Shown here: positions 1 through 11,085 of the stretch, in pieces
How the letters are laid out: each line of letters begins with the position of its first letter
How positions within the stretch are numbered: the first letter of the stretch is position 1
NCBI RefSeq assembly: GCF_036971445.1
Contig: NC_091473.1
Span: 253,208,001-253,272,000 of the forward strand
Direction of reading: 5' to 3'
Source: Narcine bancroftii
Taxonomy: Eukaryota
DNA: 64,000 nucleotides
Notes under the pieces: generated by a model
Database searches by the model: none
Told to the model about the DNA's origin: nothing
The model's input: only the letters and a program-made list of their open reading frames with translations
Position numbers and translations under genes: made by a program

Positions 1-1475
1 TTACAGTTCCTTGTTAACATTTGACATTGTGCTCTCTTAGGAAATGTAAATCACTAATGTCAACTAGCCACATTAAAAGTTAATTCTGTTTAAGTTTCAT
101 GTCTTAAGAGAGGTTTTGCCTTCAATACATATCGAACATCCTTTCTCTGTGAACTTTTGTTTTAAGTTTTAATAATCAAAATGCTCTTCATTAGTTTGGA
201 GAGTTAATCGAATCTTTAAGACACACAAAGCAAAGGAAGCTTCTTCTTAAGGCACACATTGCAGAGGAACTTTCATTGGTGCTTGACAGTGAGATGCCAG
301 TTTTTTGCCCTCTTTAGTAGCTTTGACAGGCTGCCTATCGGCTGGCCATTTATGAATGGGGAACAGATGTGTCCCACCGCCAAGCTGTTTATGAATGGGA
401 GGGCAGGTTCTGACAAGCTCCGTCAGATCGTTAAGCCATTTATGCTTCTGTCAACTTGTTTATCAATCTGCAATTTAAGGTGGCCTCGAACTGTTAGTTT
501 AAATGCTAATGTAGCTGTTTGGACAAGCCAGTGGGTCTGCTTTCATTAAACATGACTATAACTTTTTCTAACACTGGACTTAATGCAAGAGGACATGCTT
601 TTCCTTAATAATTGTCGTTTCTGGGTGACTTAAAAATAGGATCTTTCATAGTCCTAGTTGAATCTTTTTTTCTGATGGGCAGCCAAATATGTAAATTAGA
701 ATCTTCAGTTTGATGGCTGCAGTTAGCTATAACGGATTTTGTGTATGATACTGTAATCAGAAAAGCAGTTCCAAAAATAGGAGACTCTGGCTTTGATATT
801 ATGATACTGCTGTGTTCAACGTGTAACTGTTTTATTCCCAAGTGTTTTGAATGTCTCTTTGAAAAGTGCTCATTTGTAACATAACAAATTAGAACATTAC
901 AGCACAGAAATAGGCCGTTCTAGTTTGAGCTGAACTGTTTTCAGTGCCGAGTCCCACTGATCAGCACATGGTCCATAGCCCGCCGTACCTCTCCCATTCA
1001 CGTAACATTTATTAAGTGTTAAAATTGAGCCGCATTCACTTCAGCTGGCAGCTCGTTCCACACTCCCACTACCCTCTATGTGAAGCAGTTCTCCCAAAAC
1101 TTTTCCCTTTCAACCTTAACCCATGTCCTCTGCTTTGTGTCTCATCTCCCCTCAGTGGAAAAAGCCGACCTGCATTTACTCCATCTATACCGAATTTTAA
1201 ATAACTATCAAATCTCTCATTTTTCTACGCTCCAGGGAATAAAGCTCTCACCTGTTTAACTTTTCCTTATAACTCAGTTCCTGAAGTCCCGGAACCATCC
1301 GTAAATCTCTGCACTTTTTAAGTTATCAGAGTTTTATCTATTCTCAATATCATTGATTAGAAATGTTGTCCATCATGCAAAATATAGTCAGAAAAAGTGA
1401 GGTGCTTATCGTAATGTTGAAGTTCCCTCTGGTTTTGTCTGGATTTTAAAAAATAAACATCGTTTTCTCTTGCAG

Positions 1476-1618
1476 TGATCGCTGCCCGAACCACCACTAT
1501 TCCTTATCTTAATGCCTTGCTACCTTCTGAACTGGAGCTTCAGCAGATGGAGGAGACGGATTCCTCAGAACAGGATGACCAGACTGACACAGAAAACGTG
1601 GCCCTGAATATGAATGCT
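1476..1618 (+). CDS. TAF8: TAF8 (TFIID subunit 8) penultimate coding exon
   Basis: ttgcag acceptor and gtatgt donor; encodes IAARTTTIPYLNALLPSELELQQMEETDSSEQDDQTDTENVALNMNA, matching vertebrate TAF8 (IAARPFTIPYLTALLPSELEMQQMEETDSSEQDEQTDTEN). Confidence 0.95.
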
Positions 1619-2928
1619 GTATGTTTCCAGTTTAATTTCCTTGGCAATATTTTGTCTTCTAATTCTGCCAAATAATAAAACCAAGGATGATAATCTAAAT
1701 TTACCTTCTATCACATACAATGTTCTGTGTTGGGGAAGTAATATGCTATCAGATTGTCAGGTGAGTATTTTTGATAACTACGGCAACAATGTATTGAATT
1801 TCTGTACCTGTTTTCTAGGTAAATACAACAATGGACATCAGACAAAATCAAAATAATTCTGATGCATAATGGCTGAATTTTTCTTCCTTCCTTGCTTCAG
1901 ATGTTGAGACTGATTGATTATGGATAGAATCATCTTCCTTACCATATTATCCAGGATCAGATCTGCTTGTTTCTGGTGGGTGGGGGGCACGGGCCTACGA
2001 TTTTAATTAAGAGTATTGATATTGTAAAGAGAGTCAAGGGGGAATCCCTTAGCACAAAATGTTAACATTTTAAACAAGATTCGTAAAAGATTAATGCAGA
2101 TAAAATATATATCAATGCAAATAACAGAAACCAACTTTAAGTTCCAAATTTATTATATGTACACTACATGTATATACCCAGACATAAATTGTATGTGTTT
2201 AGCACAGATTACAAAAATACTTAATGAGCATTTGAAATGGGGCCTACATTTCCAAGCTGGCCTGGGCCTAATACCAGCTTTGCATGGGCCTCATTGTCTC
2301 CCTTCACGGGAGTCCTTTAGCAGGCAAAATTTTATTGCTTTAAATGGTGATAATAACAACGGAGAGAATCCTGTGAACACTTCTGTAAGCTGGATCTGAA
2401 ATGGTCCTTGCTTTTATGAGTTTGGAAATGGCTCCGACTCTCTACTGTCTTTCCCCGTGGCCCCTCATTGGTTAAATGCATAGGCAAGAGCTAGCTTTCA
2501 GACTGCAAGTCAGCACATTTGAAGGTGACCAATTAGCTCGACCACTGATTTTGCAGATAGAAGCAATCTGAATAATTTTACATCTGCTAATATTAAATGA
2601 TGATGCCATAATATTGTCAGAACTCGTCATGAAATTCGTTTTGCGGCAGCATTACTGTAAATTACGGTTGGCTTAACGGTTGGCACAACCGTGTAACAGC
2701 CAGCGATGGGGACCAGGGTTCCACTGTGTCTTGTCTCCCATGTCTTCTTGGGTTTCCTTTGGGTGCTCCGGTTTCCTCCCATTGTTCAAAATGTACTGGA
2801 TGTTGTAGATTAATTGGGCAGCACAGACTCATGGGCTGAAAGGGCTTGTTTCTATGTCCAAATTTATATTTAAAATAAAGTAGTGGAGAAGAGATAGTGA
2901 GGTTGTGTCTGTGGTTCATGGTCTATTC

Positions 2929-3220
2929 CACTGGTTCTCAACCTTTTTCTTTCCACTCACATACCACTTCAAATAATCCCTATAACATTGGTGCTCTGGG
3001 ATTAGTAAGGGATTGCTTAAGGTGGGATGCGAGAGCGAGAGGGAGGTTGAGAACCACTGCTCTAGACCCAATTGCTACTGAAATATTTTGTTTGAGAAAA
3101 ATTGTCATTGACCCATTTTGTTTGGAGTTATGAAACTGTGCATTTAATGAGTCAATTAGGTATGATTAAAAGTGATTTTAAAACATTTTTCTTTCCACCC
3201 ACATCCCACCTTAAGCAATG
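2929..3220. mobile_element. hAT-like MITE (CAGTGGTTCTCAA ends, internally palindromic)
   Basis: TIR pair 2929/3059; related copies at 31300-31370 and 42948-43294. Confidence 0.7.
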
Positions 3221-3395
3221 TGCCTCAGGAGTTGCGGCATGAGATGGATCAGCCACTGGGGTTGTTGTTTAGACCACAGCATTCCACCTGTGGCCTCAAC
3301 AACCCCCTGTCCTCGTTCTTAAATGCCAACAGCTTTGAGATAATGACGAATGCGCCATCATACTGAATAGTGAGGCTGGGTTGAATGGCCTAGAC

Positions 3396-3610
3396 CAGCC
3401 ATTCTCAACCTAAACAGCTCTGACTCTGTTCAAAGTTTATGGGCCCCCTTCCCTGTGAAGCAGTCACGTTTTGGTTTAGTCAGTACTTCTCTCCTACCAA
3501 CCACAAAAAGCATAAATGATATTTGTGTTATGTGAGGTGAAAAGAAAACAGCTTTTGCTTCCACATACTGTTGGCCCCGGGGGCTGTAGGGACCCTGCTG
3601 AGAATGGATG
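3396..3610. mobile_element. hAT/Charlie-like MITE
   Basis: TIR CAGCCATTCTCA...TGAGAATGGATG with degenerate 8-bp TSD GCCTAGAC/GTCTAGAG. Confidence 0.65.
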
Positions 3611-3795
3611 GTCTAGAGTCACAGTCTTTCACCGCGGAAACAGGCCCAGATACTCCTACACTTTTTTTTCCCCCGCATATTCTTTCAGAGCAGGGAAAAA
3701 TCTGAACAAAGCCTTAATGTGTTGCAAATTCCAAATAATGAAAAGATTACTGCTTTGTTTAATAAAAGCAATATTTTTTTCTCCCCCCCCCCCAG

Positions 3796-3936
3796 GATGA
3801 AATTTCTGCCGAGAAGGAGAACTCCATGTTGCAACAGAATTCAGGTCTGCCGAACAACAAAAATAGTGAAGAACCAATGATTGACAATCCGTATCTAAGG
3901 CCGGTGAAAAAGCCCAAAGTCCGGAGGAAAAAGTGA
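3796..3936 (+). CDS. TAF8: TAF8 terminal coding exon
   Basis: Polypyrimidine-cag acceptor, phase 0 matching the previous exon; DEISAEKENSMLQQNSGLPNNKNSEEPMIDNPYLRPVKKPKVRRKK*, the TAF8 C-terminal NLS motif IDNPYLRPVKKPK. Confidence 0.95.
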   Translation, partial: DEISAEKENSMLQQNSGLPNNKNSEEPMIDNPYLRPVKKPKVRRKK

Positions 3937-4357
3937 AGTCCAAGCAAATACAATGATCATTTCGGCAAAATATTGTGCAATGAAATGATGCAACTATATT
4001 AACTGAACATTGCCTTCCTCATACACATGATGGAGAAAGGGATTGTAGACCCCATAAAGGTGGTCCTGAAATGCATCTTAGACAAGGCCGTTCCTGTTTG
4101 GATAAGCAGTATCAAAACTGAATAACCAATATGAAACTTGAATTTTCTGCATCTCCAAAACATTTTCTTGCTGTTCGTTTTTTTAAAAACAACTGCTTGA
4201 TACACATTACAAGACAACTCATGGATCTTTGTGTGAAGGTCATTTGTAGCATGAAACCTCACGATTTACCAGTGTGGTTAAGGTTCACACCACCAGTTCA
4301 ACATCACCTGTTTCTTTTTTATCCCTCTGCTGGTTATTGCAGCTAATTATAGTTCCA

Positions 4358-4363
4358 AATAAA
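4358..4363 (+). terminator. Candidate TAF8 poly(A) signal
   Basis: AATAAA ~420 nt after the stop, followed by T-rich sequence. Confidence 0.5.
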
Positions 4364-4619
4364 TTAAATATTTTTTAGAACCACTTTGTATGCAGTTTAC
4401 TTTTTTTTAATGAGTCTATTCCACGTAACTAACCTTGTCAGATTGAGACGAAGGGTCGCAGATCTATTAAATTAAAAAAAAATTCTTAAAATTTAGACAT
4501 ATAACACATTAAAAGGCCCTTCCAGCCCATGAGCTCATGCTGCCCAATTGACCTACAACCCCCAGTACGTTTTGAAGAGAGGAAACCGGAGCTGCTGGGG
4601 AAAACCCACGCAGACACGG

Positions 4620-5510
4620 GGAGAATGTTCAGAATAACCACAGGGACTGCTCTCTTTGTGACTCCCTTGTCCACTCCCCCTTCCCCACCTATCGTCCCCT
4701 TGGCACCTACCCCTCTGACTGCTTGAGATGCTCCCACTTGCGCCCATGCCTCCTCACTACCATTCGAGGCCCCAAACGGACCTTCCACGTGAAGCATCAC
4801 TTCACCTGTGAATCCACAGGACTCATCTACTGCATCCAGTGCTCCCATTGTGGTCTCTACATGGGAGAAACGTCGTGCAGATGAGATCGCTTCATTGAGC
4901 ACCTTGGCTCTGTCTGCCACAAGAGCGTAGATCTTCTCCCAGTGGCCACCTACTTCAATTCCCCACCCCATTCTCTTGCTGATGTGTCTATCCATGGTCT
5001 CATGCACTGCCAGACTCAGACCACTTGCAAATTGGAGGAACAACACGTCGACATCCGTCTGGGCCCCCTCCAACTGAATGGCATTAACATTGACTTCTCC
5101 GGTTTGCGTTAATCACCCCCCCACACCCTGCCCACTCATTTCTTTCCCTCCCCCCAACTCTTTTTACACGACATGATAAATTCTCACTTCCTCCCTTATG
5201 AGGAGCCCTCAGTGGCACAAGGACAGCTTCTTCTCCACTACCATTAGATTCCTGAATGATCAATGAATCGCAGACACTGCCTTACTTTGACTTGTTATGC
5301 ACTACATTTATTGATTGTTGCAAGGTGGTCTACATGAACGTTTGCCCTGTAATGCTGACGCAAAACAATGAATTCTACTTCTGATATCCAATTAACACCT
5401 ATTGTTGGTTTGGACTCCTCCCCCAGCCAGCACTGCCTCTATTCTGTGATTTCCTGTTTTATGCTTATTTTTTGCTCATTCATTGAAGGGCTCAGGCTTG
5501 AAATGTTGGC
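4620..5510 (+). mobile_element. Penelope-like element 3' fragment (GIY-YIG endonuclease + tail), interrupted by a LINE piece at ~5199-5383
   Basis: Degenerate GPKRTFHVKHHFTCESTGLIYCIQCSHCGLYMGET = PLE GIY-YIG motif; tail ends in hammerhead-like TGAAGGGCTCAGGCTTGAAATGTTGG. Confidence 0.8.
5307..5312 (-). terminator. Candidate poly(A) signal of Myb/SANT copy A
   Basis: TTTATT on + (AATAAA on -), ~127 nt past the stop; retained in copy B at 19647-19652. Confidence 0.55.
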
Positions 5511-5884
5511 GGGGGTTTGGGGCTGTGGAGTGGGAGCAGGGTGCTGTGGTACAGGAGCTGGCATGAGTGCAATCAGGTCCCGCAGAAGTGAGGTCTGATT
5601 CTGCATCTCATACTGAATGTCTCGGAACATGTTGGCGAACACATTCATTTGATCTGCCCGCTCCCGTCTATCGGCCTCCCGCGCCGCCATCTCCACCTCC
5701 CGCGCTGCCATCTCTGCCTCCTGCACCTCTCTCCTCAGCTGCTCTTCATGGACCCTCTGCCTTTCGAATCGAAGGCGATCCCTCTTCTCATCCTCACGGT
5801 GCATTGCCAGTAACAAGTCCTTTATTTCCTTCGTCACCAGCTGGGCTTTTGTCGGTTTCTTTCTTTTCTGCCGCGACAGGCATC
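5439..5884 (-). CDS. Myb/SANT-like gene copy A, exon 2 (basic NLS + coiled coil + Pro-rich tail)
   Basis: Acceptor TTCTCTAG|GA; the 106-nt GT-AG intron joins in frame (phase 1); RQKRKK NLS-like motif and E/R-rich coiled coil; spliced ORF 966 nt = 321 aa. Confidence 0.82.
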
Positions 5885-5990
5885 CTAGAGAACAATAGAC
5901 CACAAGCAACATTGGCGAGACTGCTCTTCATGGGCAAACACGCTCACACAGGAAAAAAAAGGTTAACCACAAACAAAACTAAGTCTTTAC

Positions 5991-6510
5991 CTGGCCGACT
6001 GTAAGACACAGATTCACTGTTTTTAATGCTGGCGTCCGTCTCCATGCCGCTCGGGACGCCGGCATCAGAACAGCTGCTACAGGAGGGAGACACAGCTGTG
6101 ATGGTCTCAGGGGGAGCTTCATCCTGGGGAGCGGGTCCCTGGGGAACTGGGTCCTGGGGTGCTGGGCATTGGGGAGCTGGGTCCTCCATGTCACTCGGAA
6201 GATCAAGCAGGCTCGTGGTGCGGCTTGCTCCCCAAATCGAATAGCACAGATCGAAATGTGGCCAGTCCAGGCGTCCTCTACCGCTCCTGCCATTATGGTC
6301 ATTGACCTCGTTGAATTTTCTTCTCAGGCTCTTCAACTTGCTTATCACCTGCGCCTTGTCCCGAACAAAGCCACGGTCTCGAAGCTGTTGAGCCAGTCTT
6401 TCAAAAATTGGTCCATCCTTCACCGTGCCAGTTATGTATCGGTTTATCTCATCAGCAGCTCGGAGGATAAGGAGTTCCTGGACCTCCTTATACCCCCAAT
6501 TTGCAGACAT
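5991..6510 (-). CDS. Myb/SANT-like (trihelix, Myb_DNA-bind_4 type) gene copy A, exon 1
   Basis: ATG at 6510 (aagATG); MSANWGYKEVQELLILRA...IFERLAQQLRDRGFVRDKAQVISKLKSLRRKF...WPHFDLCYSIWG has the W..E...L / W(F)..A..L...GF.R...Q...K.K.L...F / W.F pattern of Harbinger/MSANTD domains; minus-strand donor CCAG|GTAAAG at 5990. Upstream in-frame ATGs at 6576 and 6594 are possible alternatives. Confidence 0.85.
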
Positions 6511-6539
6511 CTTGAGGAACAGGTGAACTGCAGCTTTTG

Positions 6540-6966
6540 AAATCCTCCCCGGTGGGTCGCACACTAAAGACGTCATGAAAACGTCACATCCCATTCCCGC
6601 CCTGGTCCCGGGCCGCCGCCTCGCCCCTTTTTTACACAGCGTCTGCAGGCTTCCGCCTTTCACTCCGCTCGGCTGCCAATCATGGGCGGGGCTTCACACG
6701 CCAATCAGAGGTCGGGCCGGAAGTGAGTGGGCGGGAGGTTCTGCTGGTGTGAGAGGCGCCATCATGGCGACCAGGTGGCGGCTGCCGGCAACCGATTGAT
6801 GGTTTCCCCTCCTGTTCTCCTCCCCCCCCCCCCAACACCCCCCGATCAGGGTGGTCGCTGTGGACGGACGTTAATGGACGTGAGTGGCGGGCGGGGAGGG
6901 GGGTGGGGGAGGCCTGTGGGCGCGGAGACGGCCGCTTGCAAAATGGAGGACGTGGTGTAGGCCTCG
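6540..6966. promoter_or_regulatory. CpG-island bidirectional promoter, distal copy
   Basis: CpG-rich; CCAAT 6676 and 6701, GC box GGGCGGGG 6684, ETS/GABP CCGGAAGT 6717, inverted YY1-type CGCCATCATGGCG 6757, CAAAATGG ~6939; + strand donor GAC|GTGAGT at 6880. Confidence 0.75.
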
Positions 6967-6972
6967 AGTCCT

Positions 6973-8049
6973 CGGGGGGTGGGGGTTCCGTGGGGGGTGG
7001 GGGTTCCGTGGGGGGGGGGGGTCGGGGGTTCCGTGGGGGGGGGGGGTCGGGGGTTCCGTGGGGGGGGGGTCGGGGGTTCCGTGGGGGGGGGGGTCGGGGG
7101 CTGCGTGGGGGGGTCGGGGGCTGCGTGGGGGGGGTCGGGGGCTGCGTGGGGGGGGGGGTCGGGGGCTGCGTGGGGGGGGGTCGGGGGCTGCGTGGGGGGG
7201 GGTCGGGGGCTGCGTGGGGGGGGTCGGGGGCTGCGTGGGGGGGGGTCGGGGGCTGCGTGGGGGGGTCGGGGGCTGCGTGGGGGGGGGTCGGGGGCTGCGT
7301 GGGGGGGGTCGGGGGCTGCGTGGGGGGGGTCGGGGGCTGCGTGGGGGGGGGGTCGGGGGCTGCGGGGGGGGGTCGGGGGCTGCGTGGGGGGGGTCGGGGG
7401 CTGCGTGGGGGGGGGTCGGGGGCTGCGTGGGGGGGGTCGGGGGCTGCGTGGGGGGGGTCGGGGGCTGCGTGGGGGGGGTCGGGGGCTGCGTGGGGGGGGT
7501 CGGGGGCTGCGTGGGGGGGGGTCGGGGGCTGCGTGGGGGGGGTCGGGGGCTGCGTGGGGGGGGTCGGGGGCTGCGTGGGGGGGGTCGGGGGCTGCGTGGG
7601 GGGGGGTCGGGGGCTGCGTGGGGGGGGTCGGGGGCTGCGTGGGGGCGGGGTCGGGGGCTGCGTGGGGGGGGTCGGGGGCTGCGTGGGGGGGGTCGGGGGC
7701 TGCGTGGGGGGGGTCGGGGGCTGCGTGGGGGGGGGTCGGGGGCTGCGTGGGGGGGGGTCGGGGGCTGCGTGGGGGGGGGTCGGGGGCTGCGTGGGGGGGG
7801 TCGGGGGCTGCGTGGGGCGGGGTCGGGGCCTGCGTGGGGGGGGTCGGGGGCTGCGTGGGGGGGGGGTCGGGGGCTGCGTGGGGGGGGGTCGGGGGCTGCG
7901 TGGGGGGGGGTCGGGGGCTGCATGGGGGGGGGTCGGGGGCTGCGTGGGGGGGTCGGGGGCTGCGTGGGGGGGGGTCGGGGGCTGCGTGGGGGGGTCGGGG
8001 GCTGCGTGGGGGGGGGTCGGGGGCTGCGTGGGGGGGGGTCGGGGGCTGC
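6973..8049 (+). repeat. G-rich minisatellite, unit ~GGGGGCTGCGT(G7-11)TC, roughly 50 copies
   Basis: Direct reading; the first few units carry TTCCGT instead of CTGCGT; G-run length varies. Confidence 0.97.
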
Positions 8050-9215
8050 AGCATCGAGTTTGAAATTCGCGTCAAAAATTCTTTTAAGAAGTACTTCCCT
8101 CTGAATGTCACTTGAATATGACATGGGTATCACAGCTGAAACGGATTGTACTTCGCCTACAGCAGCTGTTTGAATAAAGTTGTATTTGAATAAAATGGTG
8201 TCGCCCAGGATGAAGATCCGGCCGATGCTTCTGGGGCGACTCTGCCCATTAAGAGTCTTTATTAGTATATTAGTAAGGCTCTATCTGTAATGGTGGGGGG
8301 GGGAGGTTAATTACGTTGGCAACACGATTAGCTTAGCAATTAGCGCAATCCTGTTAGTGACTGGGGCTCAGACTGGAATTTAAATTTTGTAGGATATGGG
8401 AATTAACTGATTAAAGTGAACTTTATATAATTAAGGGATACAATAGTTTTTTCTAATTTCTTTACGTTTTACAGTGTCTTGTCTTTTAAACTCTTAATGC
8501 AGGTGTATTAGTTAGGCCTTGTGAGAGAGTGCTTCAGGCAACTGGAAAATTCACATATCCGGCATCTGTAATTCCTGATGATGCTGGATAACGTGGATTT
8601 TACTGTACCCAGGTGGAAAGGGATCTGGGAATTCTCGTGCAGGATCGCCTGAAGGTAAACGTGCAGGTTCAGTTGGTGGAGAAGGCAAATGCAATGAAGA
8701 AAGGAAGATGATTCTGGGCATGAAAGGGTTATCATGTGAGGTACTTGTTGGAATTTAGGAGAATGAGGAGAAATTCATTGAAATATTTTGAATGTTGAAA
8801 ATATGGACCGGGTCGATGTATAAAAGTTGTTTCCCACGGTGGGAGAGACCAGGACAAGCGGGTACAGCTTCAGGGTGGAAGGCTGTCTTAGAGACGCGGA
8901 GGAATTTCTTCAACCAGAGGATGGTGAATTTGAAATTTGTTGCAACAGGGGGTTGTGAAGGCCAGTCATTGGGTGCATTTAAGGCAGAGATTGATAGGTT
9001 TGTGATTAACCATGGCATTGAAGATCAAAGCGTATCATGGATTTCCTCACCTTCAGACTACAAGCTGAAGATGGGTAAGAAATTCTCCACAATCTCCATC
9101 AGTGCTGGAGCATCACAGGGTTGTGTTCTTATCCCCCTGCTCTACTCACTTTATACCTATGACTGGGTGTAACAACAACTGCTTTGGACTCAATATCACC
9201 AAAACTCAGGAGCTG

Positions 9216-10054
9216 TGTTATGAACCACACGTAACGAGAAGCAATAGGTAATGAACCAAACAGTCTCTAATTTTAAAACATTAATTTTATTTCTCACTCT
9301 TAATCTATCCTTAACACTAAGTCTATCCTCAGCTATGTGCGGGTGTACTTGTGTGGGCATGTGTGAGATAGACTCAAACCATTACAAAATTTAGAAAGTT
9401 ACTTCAAAGTTCAGTCTTTCAAATTCAGTGTTGAAGCGTAGGTCTTTGAAATTTGATGCCCAAAATTAATGTTGAACTGATAGAAGACTGCAGTTGTGGT
9501 GGTTACAGACTCACAAATTCTCCATCTACATGAACTGTGTCATAACACTCCTGATCCTTTTGTAGGCAAGACTCATACTGGGCGGCCTCCACGAAGCTTC
9601 CAAGACCCTGGCACCAGTCTCTCCAAGTGACTTCACTGCTACTCATTTAAAATGAAGCCATCTCTCCAAGTGGCCTCCACTGTTAGTCACAATCAAAATG
9701 AAGCCAGTTGCTTCCCAAAAAGATCCTCCTGGCACAGGTCAATCCACTAAAATGGCCCAGTCATTCCCAGAGCTGGCTTTCCTCTGAATTTCACAAAAAT
9801 GGCTGGCCACAAGAGCTGCTTCAAAAAGCTGCTTTCTCTTCAGCATCAGAATGGTTCTCCCTTACAAAATCACAATGTCTTTGGAAATGTATTGAATTCT
9901 GGAGCAGACGGACAAACCTTCCCTCAGTTCTAACTATCGCTGGGCTGTGACATGTGCTTGTGTGAAATGTTAATTGTTAACTGTCCATTCAGTCCCTCCT
10001 GTCTATATTATTCCTTACAGTGATCATCCCATTTTACTAAATGAGCTTGTAATA
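9216..10054 (-). mobile_element. Solo LTR-like insertion in a Rex/Babar LINE
   Basis: TGTTA...TAATA termini with 4-bp TSD GCTG (9212-9215, 10055-10058) splitting the LINE motif AAGGAGCTGATTGTTGAC. Confidence 0.65.
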
Positions 10055-11085
10055 GCTGATTGTTGACTACAGGAAAGAAAAGTCAGGTATACAATCCAGT
10101 GATCTTTGGGGCATCAGAGGTAGAGAGGGGAGTTCTTGGGAATCTCTATCTCGGAGGATCTTTCCAGGACCAAGGGCATCATGAAGAAAGCACGTCAACT
10201 CCTCTCGTTCCTCAGGAGTTTGCGGAGGTTTGATATGACACCAGAAACCCTGGCAAATTTCCTCAGTTTGGTGAAAGTGTTTTGACCCGCTGCATCATGG
10301 TCAGGTATGGAAGCACCAATACCCCTGTGTAAATTTTACATTTTTAAATTTAAATTGATTTTTAAAAATGTAGACATCTAGCATGGAAACAGGCCATTTT
10401 GGACTATGAGCCCATGCAGCCCAGCCCAATTTACACCCAATTAACCTACCTTTCCCCCAAACGTTACATTTTGAATGCCGGAACCCTTGGGGAAAACCCA
10501 AATAGAGACGGACAATGTACAAACTCCTTACAGGGAGTGCAGGATTTGAACCCTGGTCCTGATTACTGGTGCTGTAAAGCGATCCATGCCATCCCCCAAA
10601 AAGCCCTCCAAAAGGTAGTGGACACAAGCCAAGTGATCACAGGCAAAACCCTCCCCATTATTGAACGCGTCTTCAGGGAGTGCTGCCATCAGAGAGCGGC
10701 AGCAGTCATCAAGGATCCTCACCACCAGCACACGCTCTGTTCTCACTGCTGCCATCAGGAAAGAGGTATCGGTGCCACAAGACTCGCCCCACCGGGTTCA
10801 GGAACAGCTGCTGCCCCTCCACCACCAGACTCCTCAACGAAAAACTCAATCTGATTCATTTAAGGGCTCTGACTTTGCAGATTATTGATTTTTGAAGATT
10901 TATTTTTTGTGTTGCCCATTTGGCTTGCACTGCCTTCTTTTTACTTTTCTTTTGTAGGCATCTTCTTTTCTTGAGTACAGCTTTTTGCACAACCAATCAG
11001 TGGTAATTCTGCCTGGCCCACAGATAAAAAGAATCTCAGGGTTGGATGTGATGTCATGTATGTATTCTGGCAATAAATCTGAACT
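10055..11085 (+). mobile_element. Rex1/Babar-type LINE 3' fragment (with V-SINE inside)
   Basis: LRSLRRF, LQKVVDTSQVITG, KDPHH..HALFSLLPSGKRYR motifs; 5' part at ~9020-9215. Confidence 0.8.

Larger units (their letters stand above)
5030..7110. repeat. Tandem segmental duplication unit A (partner ~19355-21340)
   Basis: Colinear similarity from the Penelope tail through the Myb/SANT gene and promoter to the start of the G-rich satellite. Confidence 0.9.

Noticed and set aside
4486-5073. 195-aa minus-strand ORF
   Set aside because: Antisense shadow of the Penelope GIY-YIG fragment and a SINE.
6623-6642. GCCCCTTTTTTACACAGCG as a Harbinger TIR remnant
   Set aside because: It resembles Harbinger termini, but I found no matching inverted partner or TSD, and it points away from the gene.
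6973-8049. Regularly spaced repeat as a CRISPR-like array
   Set aside because: No unique spacers, eukaryotic context; only the G-run length varies.
6846-8133. Five long Pro- or Gly-rich ORFs (378-421 aa)
   Set aside because: Stop-free read-through of the G-rich minisatellite in nearly all frames; not protein coding.
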